Shown piece after piece: positions 53,402-63,035 of a stretch of 64,000 nt of DNA. Source of the DNA: a virus. Taxonomy: Duplodnaviria; Heunggongvirae; Uroviricota; Caudoviricetes. The position numbers were made by a program, and so were the translations under genes. The stretch lies in IMG/VR virus record IMGVR_UViG_3300037743_000091. The stretch is one strand, 5' to 3'. Each line of letters begins with the position of its first letter. Within the stretch, counting starts at the first letter, position 1. The notes under the pieces were generated by a model. That model searched no databases. It saw nothing but the letters and a program-made list of their open reading frames with translations, and was not told the DNA's origin.

Positions 53402-53949
53402 TGTCCGTCAATCAATACGCCGTAGCCCAGGCGGTACGGGATCTTCTGCACGCAGTAGGGATCGATCCGGACGACTCCCCGCACACCTCGGATACCCCGA
53501 ATCGGGTAGCGCGTTTCTGGGCAGAATTCATGGACTACGACCCGGGGACCGTGGCTACGACCTTCCCCGTGGAGCAGGTAGACCAAATGGTGGTCGTCTC
53601 CGGGATCGATACGTGGAGCATGTGCGCTCACCACCTCCTGCCATTCTCAGCACGGGTCACCATCGGGTATATCGCAGATGACCAGGTACTCGGGCTGTCC
53701 AAGTTCGCGCGCATCGCGCACGCGGAAGCGCACCAACCCAATACGCAGGAGGGGCTGGTCGCCAGGATCGCTGACACGGTTACCGAGGTGACGGGGACGA
53801 AGGACGTTGCGGTCAAGGCCACGGGAATGCACCTGTGCATGGCTATGCGCGGGATCAAGACCCCGGCGGAAATGACCACCTCGGTAACTCGTGGAGCATT
53901 CCGGGATCAGCCGGAAACTCGGGCCGAATGGCTTTCTCTGACACGATGA
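53401..53949 (+). CDS. folE: GTP cyclohydrolase I
   Basis: SMCAHHLLPF (CEHH-type zinc motif) and ... GLSKFARI ...; TGATG overlap with queE. Confidence 0.8.
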   Translation: MSVNQYAVAQAVRDLLHAVGIDPDDSPHTSDTPNRVARFWAEFMDYDPGTVATTFPVEQVDQMVVVSGIDTWSMCAHHLLPFSARVTIGYIADDQVLGLSKFARIAHAEAHQPNTQEGLVARIADTVTEVTGTKDVAVKATGMHLCMAMRGIKTPAEMTTSVTRGAFRDQPETRAEWLSLTR

Positions 53950-53953
53950 GTCC

Positions 53954-55564
53954 GTGATGGACGAATACACCGATGCGGAACTTGCCGAACTGGTAGCGGG
54001 GCTGAGTCCGGAAGAGATCGAAGAGCTGATCGATGATCTTCCGGACCCAGCCGCGCGCGCCTTGCTGAATATCCTTCCGGCATCGCGGGAAGACCTCCCG
54101 GCAACGGCCTTGGCGCAGGCACTCGAACTCGACGACGGATACCGCGTCCGCGCGCACCTGGAGTACCTGTCCGACCGCCTCGCCAAGGCCGTTGAGGACG
54201 TGGAGAACGGCGAGAGCCGAAACCTCGTAATCTCCATGCCTCCGCGTATGGGGAAGTCCACCCTGGCGTCTCAGTACCTCCAGGTGTGGCTCTTGCGTCA
54301 ACATCCGGAGTGGAAGATCGGTATGGTCTCCCACGACTCCTCCTTGGCCGTCACCTGGGGTCGTGCGGTGCGCCGGTTCGCTGAGAACAGGCCGGAACTA
54401 GGTATCCGAATCGCGCCGGACGCCGGGGCCGCGCAGGAGTGGGAAACCAAGGAACACGGTGGCATCCTTGCGCGCTCCGTAGGTGGGTCGATTACCGGGC
54501 GTGGGTTCAAGGTGCTCCTGATCGACGATCCGGTCAAGGACTTCGTGACGGCCCACTCCGAGGTCTTCCGAAAAAATCTGTGGGACTGGTGGCTGTCCAC
54601 GGCATTGACCCGCCTCGAACCCCCGTCGTTGACGATCGTGATCGGTACGCGCTGGCACGAGGATGATTTCATTGGGCGTCTTCTGTCGGACGACTACGAG
54701 GGCGACCCGAACGAGTGGGAAGTCATTTCCTTCCCCGCGCTGGCCGATGAGGAATCCGATGTCCTAGGGCGTGAACTCGACGAACCCCTGATCTCTCCCC
54801 TGATCGAGGAGACCCCGGAAGAAGCGGTTCAGCGCTGGGAGAAGATTCAAAAGGACGTCGGCTCTTACACGTGGTCCGCTCTTTATCAGCAAAAGCCCTC
54901 AGCACCTAAGGGGGCAATCTTCAATGTGGGTTGGTGGCGTTACTGGACCACGAACCCGAAGAAGGTTTCCGATGACGGTCGAGTGGTGTTGTTCGATCCG
55001 GACGACCACGCCGGTACCTGGGTGGAATCTTGGGACTGCGCGTTCAAGGACACCAAGGCGTCTGACTACGTGGTGGGTCAACGGTGGGTACGTCGAGAGG
55101 CGCAGATCTTCCTAGCTCAACAGGTGCGGGGACGCTGGTCGTTCACCAAGACCCTCCCCCAGATGGAAGCGTTCTCCGCGCCGTGGGTGGTCGCGCGATT
55201 GGTCGAGGACAAGGCGAACGGCACGGCGATTCTGGACACCATGCGCCGGAGGTTGACGGGCCTTATCCCGATTAATCCTCGGGAGAGCAAGGAGGCACGC
55301 GCTCGTGCTATCTCTCCCCTCGTCGAGGCGGGTAACGTCTACATTCCCCACCCGAGCGAACCAGGCTGTGAATGGGTCACGGACCTGATCAATGAGACGA
55401 GGAACTTTCCCACAGGTGCGCACGATGACCAGGTGGACGCACTCAGTCAGGCATTGTTCCGTCTGCGCCTCGTCGAAGTCACCCGTAAGACGCGATCTCC
55501 AAACGCCATGGGTCAACGTGTTCCTCAACGGGCTACGAGTGGATCACTACGCCGGACTCGGTGA
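53954..55564 (+). CDS. Terminase large subunit
   Basis: Walker A-like PPRMGKST, Walker B LLIDDPVKD, C-terminal RNaseH-like nuclease region. 536 aa. Confidence 0.85.
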   Translation: MMDEYTDAELAELVAGLSPEEIEELIDDLPDPAARALLNILPASREDLPATALAQALELDDGYRVRAHLEYLSDRLAKAVEDVENGESRNLVISMPPRMGKSTLASQYLQVWLLRQHPEWKIGMVSHDSSLAVTWGRAVRRFAENRPELGIRIAPDAGAAQEWETKEHGGILARSVGGSITGRGFKVLLIDDPVKDFVTAHSEVFRKNLWDWWLSTALTRLEPPSLTIVIGTRWHEDDFIGRLLSDDYEGDPNEWEVISFPALADEESDVLGRELDEPLISPLIEETPEEAVQRWEKIQKDVGSYTWSALYQQKPSAPKGAIFNVGWWRYWTTNPKKVSDDGRVVLFDPDDHAGTWVESWDCAFKDTKASDYVVGQRWVRREAQIFLAQQVRGRWSFTKTLPQMEAFSAPWVVARLVEDKANGTAILDTMRRRLTGLIPINPRESKEARARAISPLVEAGNVYIPHPSEPGCEWVTDLINETRNFPTGAHDDQVDALSQALFRLRLVEVTRKTRSPNAMGQRVPQRATSGSLRRTR

Positions 55565-55585
55565 GGGCGTGACACTATCAACCCT

Positions 55586-55987
55586 ATGACCTTGGAAACC
55601 ATCTTCTGGATTGCCGCAGATATGGCCCTGCTACTCGGAGGGTCGTTGCGCCTGGTTCGGCTCGCCATCATGGATGACCTCGGCAGACGTGCCCTCCTTC
55701 CCCTGGAGGAGCGTCTTCGAGACAGGTTGCCCGAGGAACGTCAGTGGATCGCGGACGGATTCACGTGCCCGTTCTGTATTGGGTTCTGGATCGGGGCGGT
55801 GTTGCTCGGTACGTATTGGTTCGCAGGTTACGTTTCCCCGGAATGGATGATGGTCCCGTGGCGTCTGATCATGGGTTCGCTGGCCCTGAATTACGTGGTG
55901 GGACACCTGGTCGCGACTCTTGACATCTACGATGGGGACGAGGAAGAAGAATTAGTTGTTATCGATAATGACGAGGAGCCGCGTTGA
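55586..55987 (+). CDS. Membrane protein (CPFCIGFW motif)
   Basis: Three hydrophobic helices. Sits between terminase and portal. Confidence 0.5.
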   Translation: MTLETIFWIAADMALLLGGSLRLVRLAIMDDLGRRALLPLEERLRDRLPEERQWIADGFTCPFCIGFWIGAVLLGTYWFAGYVSPEWMMVPWRLIMGSLALNYVVGHLVATLDIYDGDEEEELVVIDNDEEPR

Positions 55988-57645
55988 TGGTCACCAAGAC
56001 TCCCACTCGAACTACGAAGGGTCTCGTACCGACCGCTGACCCGGAGGCTCGTCGCCTTGCGCGCAAGGCGCTGGTCGCCGCTTCGGCGCGCTTGCGTACC
56101 ACGCGACTCAACCGGCGTGAACTCATTGCCGCCTACGGCAGTGACGAGTGGCAATCCGAGGCGTGGGATGTCTACGACCTGGTAGGGGAGATGCGCTACC
56201 TGGCCGACACGTTGGCTGCCCGGGAGTCACAGGCTCGCCTGTATATCGGGCGCGTCACGGAACAGGACGAGTTCGGAGAACCTGTTCCGATTGATGAAGA
56301 CGATCCGGCGAATGTTCTTGACCTTCTCGGGTCGGAATCCGAGATCCAAGAAATGTTGGAGATCTACGGGGTAAACCAGTTCGTCACGGGTGACGGATGG
56401 ATGGTCGGAGTGCCGAAGCATTTCCTGGACCCGACCGCCGAAGCTCCTATCGCGGAACCGGAGATGTTCCTGGATCCGATCGGGTTGGAGCCTCTGGCGG
56501 AACCCTCGATCGAAGACCTCAAGTGGCGTTTCCTGTCCGTGGACGAGATCTCCTTCACCGATGGCGGGATCGCTTTGGAGTGGGAGTGCGAAGCGGCTCA
56601 CGGCGGAACAATTCACGTGGATAAGGAGCAGGTGTATGCCTTCCGCGTGTGGCACCCGCATCCGCGCCGTCAGCGCGAGGCCAACAGTCCGGTTCGCGCG
56701 GCCCTCCCCGTCCTTCGGGAACTCGTGGGCCTGACCATGCACGTTTCCGCGCAGATCGACTCTCGTCTTGCTGGCGCTGGAATCCTCTTCCTGCTCCAGA
56801 ACGCCGCTTCTGACGTTGCCGGACCGAACGGTGAAGATATGCCGTTTGATGAGGCGCTAGTAGACGCGATGGTCACTCCGATCAAGGACCGCGCCGCAGC
56901 CGGGGCTGTGGCTCCGCTGGTGTCGATCATTCCGGATGACGGGACCGATCGGGCGGCCTCTGACTACGTCCACCTCCAGACCTTTTCCCAGGTGCTTGAC
57001 CCCGAGGCGCGGAACCTACGCCGGGAGTCGATCGAACGGGCAGCATGGCAACTCGACGCCCCGCCGGAACTCCTTCTTGGTACCGGCGGCATGAATCACT
57101 GGGGCGCGTGGCTGGTCAAGGAAGACACGATTACCACGCACGTGAACCCGCCGGTCGAGCGGTTTGTTAACGCCCTGACTCAGCAATTCCTGTGGCCTGT
57201 CTTGGAAGCTCAGGGCAAGACTCCGGAAGAGGCTCGTGAATTCGTCGTGTGGTACTCCACGCGTCACCTCGTTACCCGACCGAACCGGACGGCTGACGCT
57301 CTGGACGTGTTCAAGGAAGGGCAGATCGATGGCGCGGCTCTGCGTCGTGAGTCTGGGTTCAACGAGTCGGACGCCCCGGATGACGGTGATAATGACGCGG
57401 CCGTGGACATGGTGTTGGCCCTCGTGTCGGGTTCACCGCAACTCGCAGTGAATCCCGGCTTGCCCGAACTCCTTCGGCAGATCCGTGAAATTCTCGACGG
57501 TCAAGAAGGTCCCGAACCCGAGACTGAACCCATCTCCGAACCGGAACCGGTGCAGGTCGAAGAGGGACCGGAAGATGAAAGTGAGAACAACGACATTCCC
57601 GAAACTATCGACCAGGAGACTGCCATGCCCGGAGCTGACGCGTGA
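55987..57645 (+). CDS. Portal protein
   Basis: 553 aa, position after TerL, acidic C-terminal tail. TGATG overlap. Confidence 0.8.
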   Translation: MVTKTPTRTTKGLVPTADPEARRLARKALVAASARLRTTRLNRRELIAAYGSDEWQSEAWDVYDLVGEMRYLADTLAARESQARLYIGRVTEQDEFGEPVPIDEDDPANVLDLLGSESEIQEMLEIYGVNQFVTGDGWMVGVPKHFLDPTAEAPIAEPEMFLDPIGLEPLAEPSIEDLKWRFLSVDEISFTDGGIALEWECEAAHGGTIHVDKEQVYAFRVWHPHPRRQREANSPVRAALPVLRELVGLTMHVSAQIDSRLAGAGILFLLQNAASDVAGPNGEDMPFDEALVDAMVTPIKDRAAAGAVAPLVSIIPDDGTDRAASDYVHLQTFSQVLDPEARNLRRESIERAAWQLDAPPELLLGTGGMNHWGAWLVKEDTITTHVNPPVERFVNALTQQFLWPVLEAQGKTPEEAREFVVWYSTRHLVTRPNRTADALDVFKEGQIDGAALRRESGFNESDAPDDGDNDAAVDMVLALVSGSPQLAVNPGLPELLRQIREILDGQEGPEPETEPISEPEPVQVEEGPEDESENNDIPETIDQETAMPGADA

Positions 57646-58091
57646 CCCCCACGGTACCCACCACCTCGGTTTCCACGTGTCCCGCGTGCGGGGCGTGGTC
57701 TCTTCCCGCTCTCGCTGAGCGCTCCGCGCTGCTGGCGGTGTGTGATGTGCTGGTGACCAAGGCACTGGAGGTTACGGGGAAGCGACTCGTAAGAGTCACG
57801 CGTTCTCGTCATGCTCAGCTTGCCGGGCGTCCGTGGCATATGGCGCATACGGTGTGGCGCGCGGACGCGAATCTCATCGACAAGGCCCTTTCCGGGGCTT
57901 GGGATGTACTGCCCGCCATGCTCGGGAATCACCGTACCGAAGCCCTCGGATTGTCACCGGAACAGGTGACGAAGACTCTGGACGAGTACGTGCGAGCATT
58001 GATTCAGTACCGTACTGCGCACGACTTGCGATCCTTGCGCGCGTGGTTGGTATCTCGGTTGAATCTGACCTTTCCTGGAGATCCGGAGTAA
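57642..58091 (+). CDS. Hypothetical protein (149 aa)
   Basis: GTGA overlap with the portal stop. CPACG near the N-terminus. Confidence 0.45.
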   Translation: MTPTVPTTSVSTCPACGAWSLPALAERSALLAVCDVLVTKALEVTGKRLVRVTRSRHAQLAGRPWHMAHTVWRADANLIDKALSGAWDVLPAMLGNHRTEALGLSPEQVTKTLDEYVRALIQYRTAHDLRSLRAWLVSRLNLTFPGDPE

Positions 58092-58094
58092 CCC

Positions 58095-59060
58095 GTGACC
58101 CTTAAGAATCCCACCCAGGATGAATCCCTCGAAATGATGGACGACATCGAGGAAACCATCATTGGACCGGCAGTAAATCGGGCAGTTCGTACCGTACTGA
58201 CGACGTTGGTTGACTCAGCAATCGCTGCTCTTCGTGCAGCTCCCTCACCGGAGTCAATTGTTGCGGCTGCTGAACCCTGGCCTCTTACTGCTGCCCAAGT
58301 CGCGGGATGGTGGGAAGACGAGGTCTCGATGGAAGTCCGATCCGCCATCGAGGAAGCATGGAGGTCCGCTTACGTCGGGCGGTCCACTGCTCCCCCGTCA
58401 TCGATCGCGCTGGACGCCCTCGTACTGTTCGTCACCCAGGTTATTGATCGTCTGGTACACGGACTTACTCCCCCCCTGCCTGATAACGCGATGGATCTTG
58501 TACGGGTATCGATCGTCTCCGGTACGGCTCTTGGATGGAGTACGAATCAAGTGGCCGAAGACATCGCTGCTCGGTTGGATTGGGATGTCCCAGATCGTTA
58601 CTGGCAACGCCAGCACCAGGAAGCTACTGAGCAACTGGACGCCCTACTGGATACGTACGGTCCCCCGGGAACTCCCGCTCGTGAGGCTGCTCGCACTGGG
58701 GGAGACCCCACCGTGACAGCCTGGCAGAATCAACGCGCGTCAGCACGAATCGAACTGGACCGTACTGAGTCGTTCTGGCGAATGCGTGCGACGCGGATTG
58801 CCCGTACGGAGTCCACCTCCGCGTACAACTCAGGTGCGCTAGCGGCTCTGGCGGACGAGGGGGTAACGAATAAGCGTTGGGTGGCCACCCGGGACTCTCG
58901 CACTCGCCCTACACACATCCGTGCTGACGGGCAGGTGCGTCCCCTGGTCGAGCCCTTCGACGTAGGAGGTCGCTCTCTCCAGATACCCGGCGACCCGTCC
59001 GGACCAGCTAGAGAAATAATCAACTGCCGATGCACAATGATCGCTGACGATGTCGATTGA
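58095..59060 (+). CDS. MuF-like minor capsid/head morphogenesis protein
   Basis: C-terminal VRPLVEPFDVGG ... INCRCTM signature. 321 aa. GTG after GGAG. Confidence 0.75.
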   Translation: MTLKNPTQDESLEMMDDIEETIIGPAVNRAVRTVLTTLVDSAIAALRAAPSPESIVAAAEPWPLTAAQVAGWWEDEVSMEVRSAIEEAWRSAYVGRSTAPPSSIALDALVLFVTQVIDRLVHGLTPPLPDNAMDLVRVSIVSGTALGWSTNQVAEDIAARLDWDVPDRYWQRQHQEATEQLDALLDTYGPPGTPAREAARTGGDPTVTAWQNQRASARIELDRTESFWRMRATRIARTESTSAYNSGALAALADEGVTNKRWVATRDSRTRPTHIRADGQVRPLVEPFDVGGRSLQIPGDPSGPAREIINCRCTMIADDVD

Positions 59061-59173
59061 TGAAGTCGCTGCGATACCCCGTGAAAAACTCAAACACAGC
59101 AACTACACTCAGGTACGCACCGATCACCTCGGGCACCCGGCCCCGCCCCGAGTCACTGCGGGACGGGGCTTTA

Positions 59174-59246
59174 TTCCTCGGTAGCTCAACAGGTAGAGCA
59201 CTGCCCTGTTAAGGCATTGGTTGTAGGTTCGAGTCCTGCTCGGGGA
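59174..59246 (+). tRNA. tRNA-Asn(GTT)
   Basis: Acceptor TCCTCGG/TCGGGGA. D-arm GCTC..GAGC. Anticodon loop CTGTTAA. T-arm GTAGG-TTCGAGT-CCTGC. Confidence 0.75.
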
Positions 59247-59249
59247 GCT

Positions 59250-59336
59250 TGGTAAGGCCAGCCGATGGGCGGCGGCAACTGTCTTGAAAACAGTCTGCGG
59301 GTGATACCGCGTGTGGGTTCGACTCCCACCCTTACC
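59250..59336 (+). tRNA. tRNA-Ser(TGA) with long variable arm
   Basis: Acceptor GGTAAGG/CCTTACC. Anticodon arm ACTGT-CTTGAAA-ACAGT. 19 nt variable arm. T-arm GTGGG-TTCGACT-CCCAC. Confidence 0.7.
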
Positions 59337-59340
59337 GCTC

Positions 59341-59421
59341 TGCTGTTCACGCGACTGGTGTCGCACGCGGACTGTAAATCCGTTGCCCTTGGGCGTGCCA
59401 GGTTCGATCCCTGGGAGCAGC
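59341..59421 (+). tRNA. tRNA-Tyr(GTA) with long variable arm
   Basis: Acceptor GCTGTTC/GAGCAGC. D-arm GCGA..TCGC. Anticodon loop CTGTAAA. T-arm CCAGG-TTCGATC-CCTGG. Confidence 0.7.
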
Positions 59422-59425
59422 ACCG

Positions 59426-59500
59426 AGCACCTATGGGGAAGTCAGGAGTTCCCGTCTCCCTGTCAAGGAGAAGATCGCCGGTTCAAATCCGGTTAGGTGC
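59426..59500 (+). tRNA. tRNA-Asp(GTC)
   Basis: Acceptor GCACCTA/TAGGTGC. Anticodon arm TCTCC-CTGTCAA-GGAGA. T-arm GCCGG-TTCAAAT-CCGGT. Confidence 0.7.
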
Positions 59501-59508
59501 GCTTTTCA

Positions 59509-59580
59509 TTCCGCATTCGTCCAACGGGCAGGACCCCGGATTTTGGTTCCGGAAATCTAGGTTCGAATCCTAGATGCGGA
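59509..59580 (+). tRNA. tRNA-Gln(TTG)
   Basis: Acceptor TCCGCAT/ATGCGGA. D-arm GTCC..GGAC. Anticodon arm CCGGA-TTTTGGT-TCCGG. T-arm CTAGG-TTCGAAT-CCTAG. Confidence 0.75.
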
Positions 59581-59667
59581 ACTGTTATTGCCCATTTCGG
59601 TTACCCTGGCCCTAGTTGTGATACGTGGCTGGCGATCGGGCCGCACGGGACCTCCAAGGAGGAAACC

Positions 59668-61608
59668 GTGACGATCAAGATTCGGAACGTGAAGCAAGCC
59701 GCTGCCCTTGTGGCCAGCGGATCGGATGAATGCCCGCCGTGTGCGCTGGCCGAAGAGTACGACCGGAACGCACTCGTTGCCGCTGGTCTGGCCGACATGG
59801 AGAAGGACGGGCGAACCCTCGCTCAGTGGTCGGGGCCTATCGGATACGAGAACCGCCGTACCGGTGACGGGCGGATGATCGAAGGTGGCGCGCTCGTATG
59901 GGACACTCCGATCCCGCTCATGTGGGCCCCGGAGAACATGGGCGCTCACCAGGGCGCCCAGGTGGTTGGGCGTATTACGGAGATCACCCGGGACGGGGAG
60001 GCCCTGATCGCGAGCGGGGACTTCGACCTCGGTTCCGAGGTAGGGCGTGAGGCATATCGCCACGTGGCCGAGGGGCTGACGCCGGGTGTGTCGATGGACC
60101 TGGACGAAATCTCTTTCGAAATCCGTATCGATGGGGAGCGCTACGACGAAGCGCGTCGCGAGGCCCAAGAGATGGAGGCCGCATGGGAAAACGGCGAGGA
60201 CATGCCGGAACCCCCGGAGCCGGATAGGGATTCAGAGGGTAACGTCGTCGTGCTCAAGATGAGCGTGGACGACGAAATGATGGTTACCACTTCGGCCCGT
60301 ATTCGCGGTGCGACGATGGTTTCTGTTCCGGCATTCCGGGAAGCGCTGATCACGCTGGAGGAAGAGGCGGCCGAAGGGGGAAGCCTTCTTTCTCTGGTCG
60401 CTTCCGTTACCGGAGCGACTGACCTTCCTGTAGCTCCGCGAGAGCACCAGTGGGAGGGGCAGGCCGCGCTGGATCGCGTGTTCGACTTCTACACGGACGA
60501 CGAGGGGAACGTGGATGTTCAGGGCGTCTCTCGTGCGTTCCTGTGGCGGGACAACGATGCGGACTCCACTCTTCGCGGTTCGTACTCCCTCGGATTCGCG
60601 GACATCATCGATGGCGTCCTGCGCATCATTCCGCGCGGGGTTGCGGCGACCGCCGGAGGCCGGGGCGTAGACGCTACCGACATTCCCGAGGACGCCAAGC
60701 GTCGTCTTCGTACACGGGTCTGTGCGCTCTACGATCGAGTTCGTCGGGAGTTCGATACCTGGCCCGCGTGCCCGTTCGATCAGGGCAGCAACGCCGGAGG
60801 TACTACGGCGCTCACTGCTAGCGCTTCGGTGAAGGAACGCGAACTGGCCGCACCCGCTCTCCCGCCGCGTGCCTGGTTCGGCAAGCCGGACCTCCCGGAT
60901 GTGACGCCTCTGACGATCTCGAACACTGGTCGGGTATTCGGACACATTGCCTCGTGGGGTACCTGTCACACGAGCTATCCGGGACGCTGCGTTACGCCTC
61001 CGGAATCGGTCAGCAACTACGCGTACTTCCACACGGGAGCCCTCCTTCTGGAGGACGGGGACGAGATCGCTGTCGGTCACCTGACCGTCGATACCGGTCA
61101 CGCGAATCCGGACATGCGTGCGACTGCCGCATTGGAGCACTACGACAACACGGGAACAACCGTGGCGTACGTGCGTGCCGGGGAGGATGGGTTCGGCATC
61201 TGGGTTTCGGGAACGCTCAACCCGACCGCCACGGAAGAGCAGGTCCGGACGTTGCGAGCTTCGCCGATGTCGGGTGACTGGCGTCGGATCGCGCATAACC
61301 TCGAACTCGTGGGCGTCCTCGGAGTCAACGTCCCCGGATTCCCGATCCCGCGTACACAAGCCGTGGTTGCCTCGGGTGCGATGCAGTCTCTCGTGGCCGC
61401 TGGCATGATCCCGCCGCGCGAGGTGATCCGTCCCGGTCTTCCGGGCGCTCTTTCGATGGACGATCTGCGTTACCTCAAGCACCTGGCGAACGCGGAACGC
61501 GATCGGCAGAAGCGTGAGGCCCCGGCGTCAGAGGACAAGCTGGAGCAGGCCGCCGCGTGGGCGAAGCGGGTCGAGGTACTGGCCTTTGCTAACGCCCTGT
61601 CCAAGTAA
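59668..61608 (+). CDS. Capsid maturation (prohead) protease of the HK97/S78 family fused to a large C-terminal domain
   Basis: GTG after AAGGAGGAAAC. N-terminal block IPLMWAPENMGAHQGAQVVGRI ... GDFDLGSEVGREAYRHVAEGLTPGVSMDL resembles the S78 protease. 646 aa. Position after MuF. Confidence 0.5.
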   Translation: MTIKIRNVKQAAALVASGSDECPPCALAEEYDRNALVAAGLADMEKDGRTLAQWSGPIGYENRRTGDGRMIEGGALVWDTPIPLMWAPENMGAHQGAQVVGRITEITRDGEALIASGDFDLGSEVGREAYRHVAEGLTPGVSMDLDEISFEIRIDGERYDEARREAQEMEAAWENGEDMPEPPEPDRDSEGNVVVLKMSVDDEMMVTTSARIRGATMVSVPAFREALITLEEEAAEGGSLLSLVASVTGATDLPVAPREHQWEGQAALDRVFDFYTDDEGNVDVQGVSRAFLWRDNDADSTLRGSYSLGFADIIDGVLRIIPRGVAATAGGRGVDATDIPEDAKRRLRTRVCALYDRVRREFDTWPACPFDQGSNAGGTTALTASASVKERELAAPALPPRAWFGKPDLPDVTPLTISNTGRVFGHIASWGTCHTSYPGRCVTPPESVSNYAYFHTGALLLEDGDEIAVGHLTVDTGHANPDMRATAALEHYDNTGTTVAYVRAGEDGFGIWVSGTLNPTATEEQVRTLRASPMSGDWRRIAHNLELVGVLGVNVPGFPIPRTQAVVASGAMQSLVAAGMIPPREVIRPGLPGALSMDDLRYLKHLANAERDRQKREAPASEDKLEQAAAWAKRVEVLAFANALSK

Positions 61609-61645
61609 CCTGAGAAGTACCGGTCACTCTCCAGGAGGAAATCAC

Positions 61646-61801
61646 ATGTGCGCATGTAACAGGAAGTCCAAGCCGCTCCAGGCCCGTCAGACCTCGACGG
61701 CCCAGGCTGGCGCTACTGCGAACCCGGCTCGTGTCCAGGTTCAGAAGGCCCGACCGACGTCTCAGCCCCGAGGAGCAAGCCCCGCCCCGCTCAAGAGCTG
61801 A
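61646..61801 (+). CDS. Small basic protein (51 aa)
   Basis: CAGGAGGAAATCAC RBS. Confidence 0.35.
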   Translation: MCACNRKSKPLQARQTSTAQAGATANPARVQVQKARPTSQPRGASPAPLKS

Positions 61802-61892
61802 TTTGTCCGGTTTATGCCCGTCTTCCCTGTATGGGTAGGCGGGCATCGCCGTGTTCGTTACACAATCTTCACAAATTAGTTAGTCCCCTGGG

Positions 61893-61936
61893 TTGCTAAC
61901 TGGGTGGTCTCCGTGTAATGTTACGTATGTCAGCAC
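61893..61936 (+). promoter_or_regulatory. Conserved promoter/operator element: -35 TTGCTA, 17 bp spacer, -10 TAATGT, then TACGTATGTCAGCAC
   Basis: 26 nt upstream of CCGGAGGA + ATG 61963. Confidence 0.6.
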
Positions 61937-61962
61937 AGAGGAACACAAACCCGGAGGACAGC

Positions 61963-62343
61963 ATGAACGTCACCACCAACGGCACCACGGTTCACAACGG
62001 ATGGATCGGTTTCGGTGAGTCCGGTGTCTACTGCGGATCTTCCAAGCGGTCTAACTACAGGATCACGCAGTACCGTGCCACGAACGCTCCGGTCAACTGC
62101 AAGCGCTGCCTGGGGATCCGCGAAGAGCGCCCCGCCGCTCCAGTCGTCGAGAAGACCATCACGACCATCGCCGCGACTGACCTTACCGAGGGCATGATGG
62201 TCATGGTCAAGGGAAACGCTCGCCGGGTCGTCGCGATCAGCAACCACATCAACGGTGAGGCACTGCTCGTCCGGGTTCGCATCGGGGCTCAGACCAAGAG
62301 GTTCCCGGTTCGCAAGAGCGCGAACGTCAAGGTTCAGAACTGA
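61963..62343 (+). CDS. Hypothetical protein (126 aa), own promoter and terminator
   Basis: CGSS ... CKRC pair. Bracketed by a promoter copy and a GC hairpin. Confidence 0.55.
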   Translation: MNVTTNGTTVHNGWIGFGESGVYCGSSKRSNYRITQYRATNAPVNCKRCLGIREERPAAPVVEKTITTIAATDLTEGMMVMVKGNARRVVAISNHINGEALLVRVRIGAQTKRFPVRKSANVKVQN

Positions 62344-62346
62344 GAC

Positions 62347-62375
62347 GGAGGGGCGCGGCCTCCGGGCCGCCCTCC
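62347..62375 (+). terminator. Hairpin terminator (GGAGGGGCGCGGCC-TCC-GGGCCGCCCTCC) followed by TTCTTCC
   Basis: GC stem 4 nt after stop. T-rich tail. Confidence 0.55.
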
Positions 62376-62407
62376 TTCTTCCGTTACAAACTCGTGATCT
62401 CCCCAGG

Positions 62408-62451
62408 TTGCTAAGTCCCCTGGACTACTGTAATGTTACGTATGTCAGCAC
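62408..62451 (+). promoter_or_regulatory. Conserved promoter/operator element: -35 TTGCTA, 17 bp spacer, -10 TAATGT, then TACGTATGTCAGCAC
   Basis: 28 nt upstream of GAAGGAG + ATG 62480. Confidence 0.6.
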
Positions 62452-62479
62452 AACAGAGGTACTACCGAAGGAGCTTCCG

Positions 62480-62965
62480 ATGAACGCCACTCTGATCGCG
62501 AACCGCCGTCCGGGCCGAACGGCCACCATGATCCACATCGAGGGCGTTGGGTGCGCCGCACTGGCGCAGGCGAAGTACACCCGGACCCTCGGGGACGAGC
62601 GCGAGCTGAGCGAGGCCCTTCGGAACGCCATCGCCCTCGCGACCGCGTTCAAGCAGATGAGCGTGTGCCGCAAGTGCCGCGCGACGGCGCGCCAGATCCT
62701 CGCGGTTGCCGCTAAGCGTGCGGCTTCTCAGCCGGTCGTTCAGGTTGAGGTGAAGACGGTCCCCCTCGTGATCGAGATGGCGAACACGGTCCGGTATGCA
62801 TCGGTTCACCACAAGGGTTGCCGCTCCATGAAGGACCCCATGGATCTCGGACGTGCTGTCTCTGCCACGGAGGTCCCGGGGCTGATCATGGAGGTCACGG
62901 GATGGGATGAGTACACCATGGACGACGTGACCTTCTGCCCGTGCGCGAAGACCCGACTCCAGTAG
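62480..62965 (+). CDS. Hypothetical protein (161 aa), own promoter and terminator
   Basis: Cys-containing (CRKCRATARQ, CPCAK). Promoter-proximal. Confidence 0.55.
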   Translation: MNATLIANRRPGRTATMIHIEGVGCAALAQAKYTRTLGDERELSEALRNAIALATAFKQMSVCRKCRATARQILAVAAKRAASQPVVQVEVKTVPLVIEMANTVRYASVHHKGCRSMKDPMDLGRAVSATEVPGLIMEVTGWDEYTMDDVTFCPCAKTRLQ

Positions 62966-62972
62966 TCGAATG

Positions 62973-62998
62973 AGAGCGGCCCCTTGGGGCCGCTCTCA
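62973..62998 (+). terminator. Hairpin terminator (GAGAGCGGCCCC-TTG-GGGCCGCTCTC)
   Basis: Perfect 11-12 bp stem 8 nt after the stop. Confidence 0.55.
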
Positions 62999-63035
62999 CC
63001 GGAGTTCCGTTCGAGCATGGAGAGGAGGGGAAGAC

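Noticed and set aside
59497-59667. Upstream extension of the protease gene (track start 59497) overlapping tRNA-Gln
   Set aside because: The real start is GTG 59668 with an AAGGAGGAAAC RBS. The extension runs through tRNA-Asp and tRNA-Gln.
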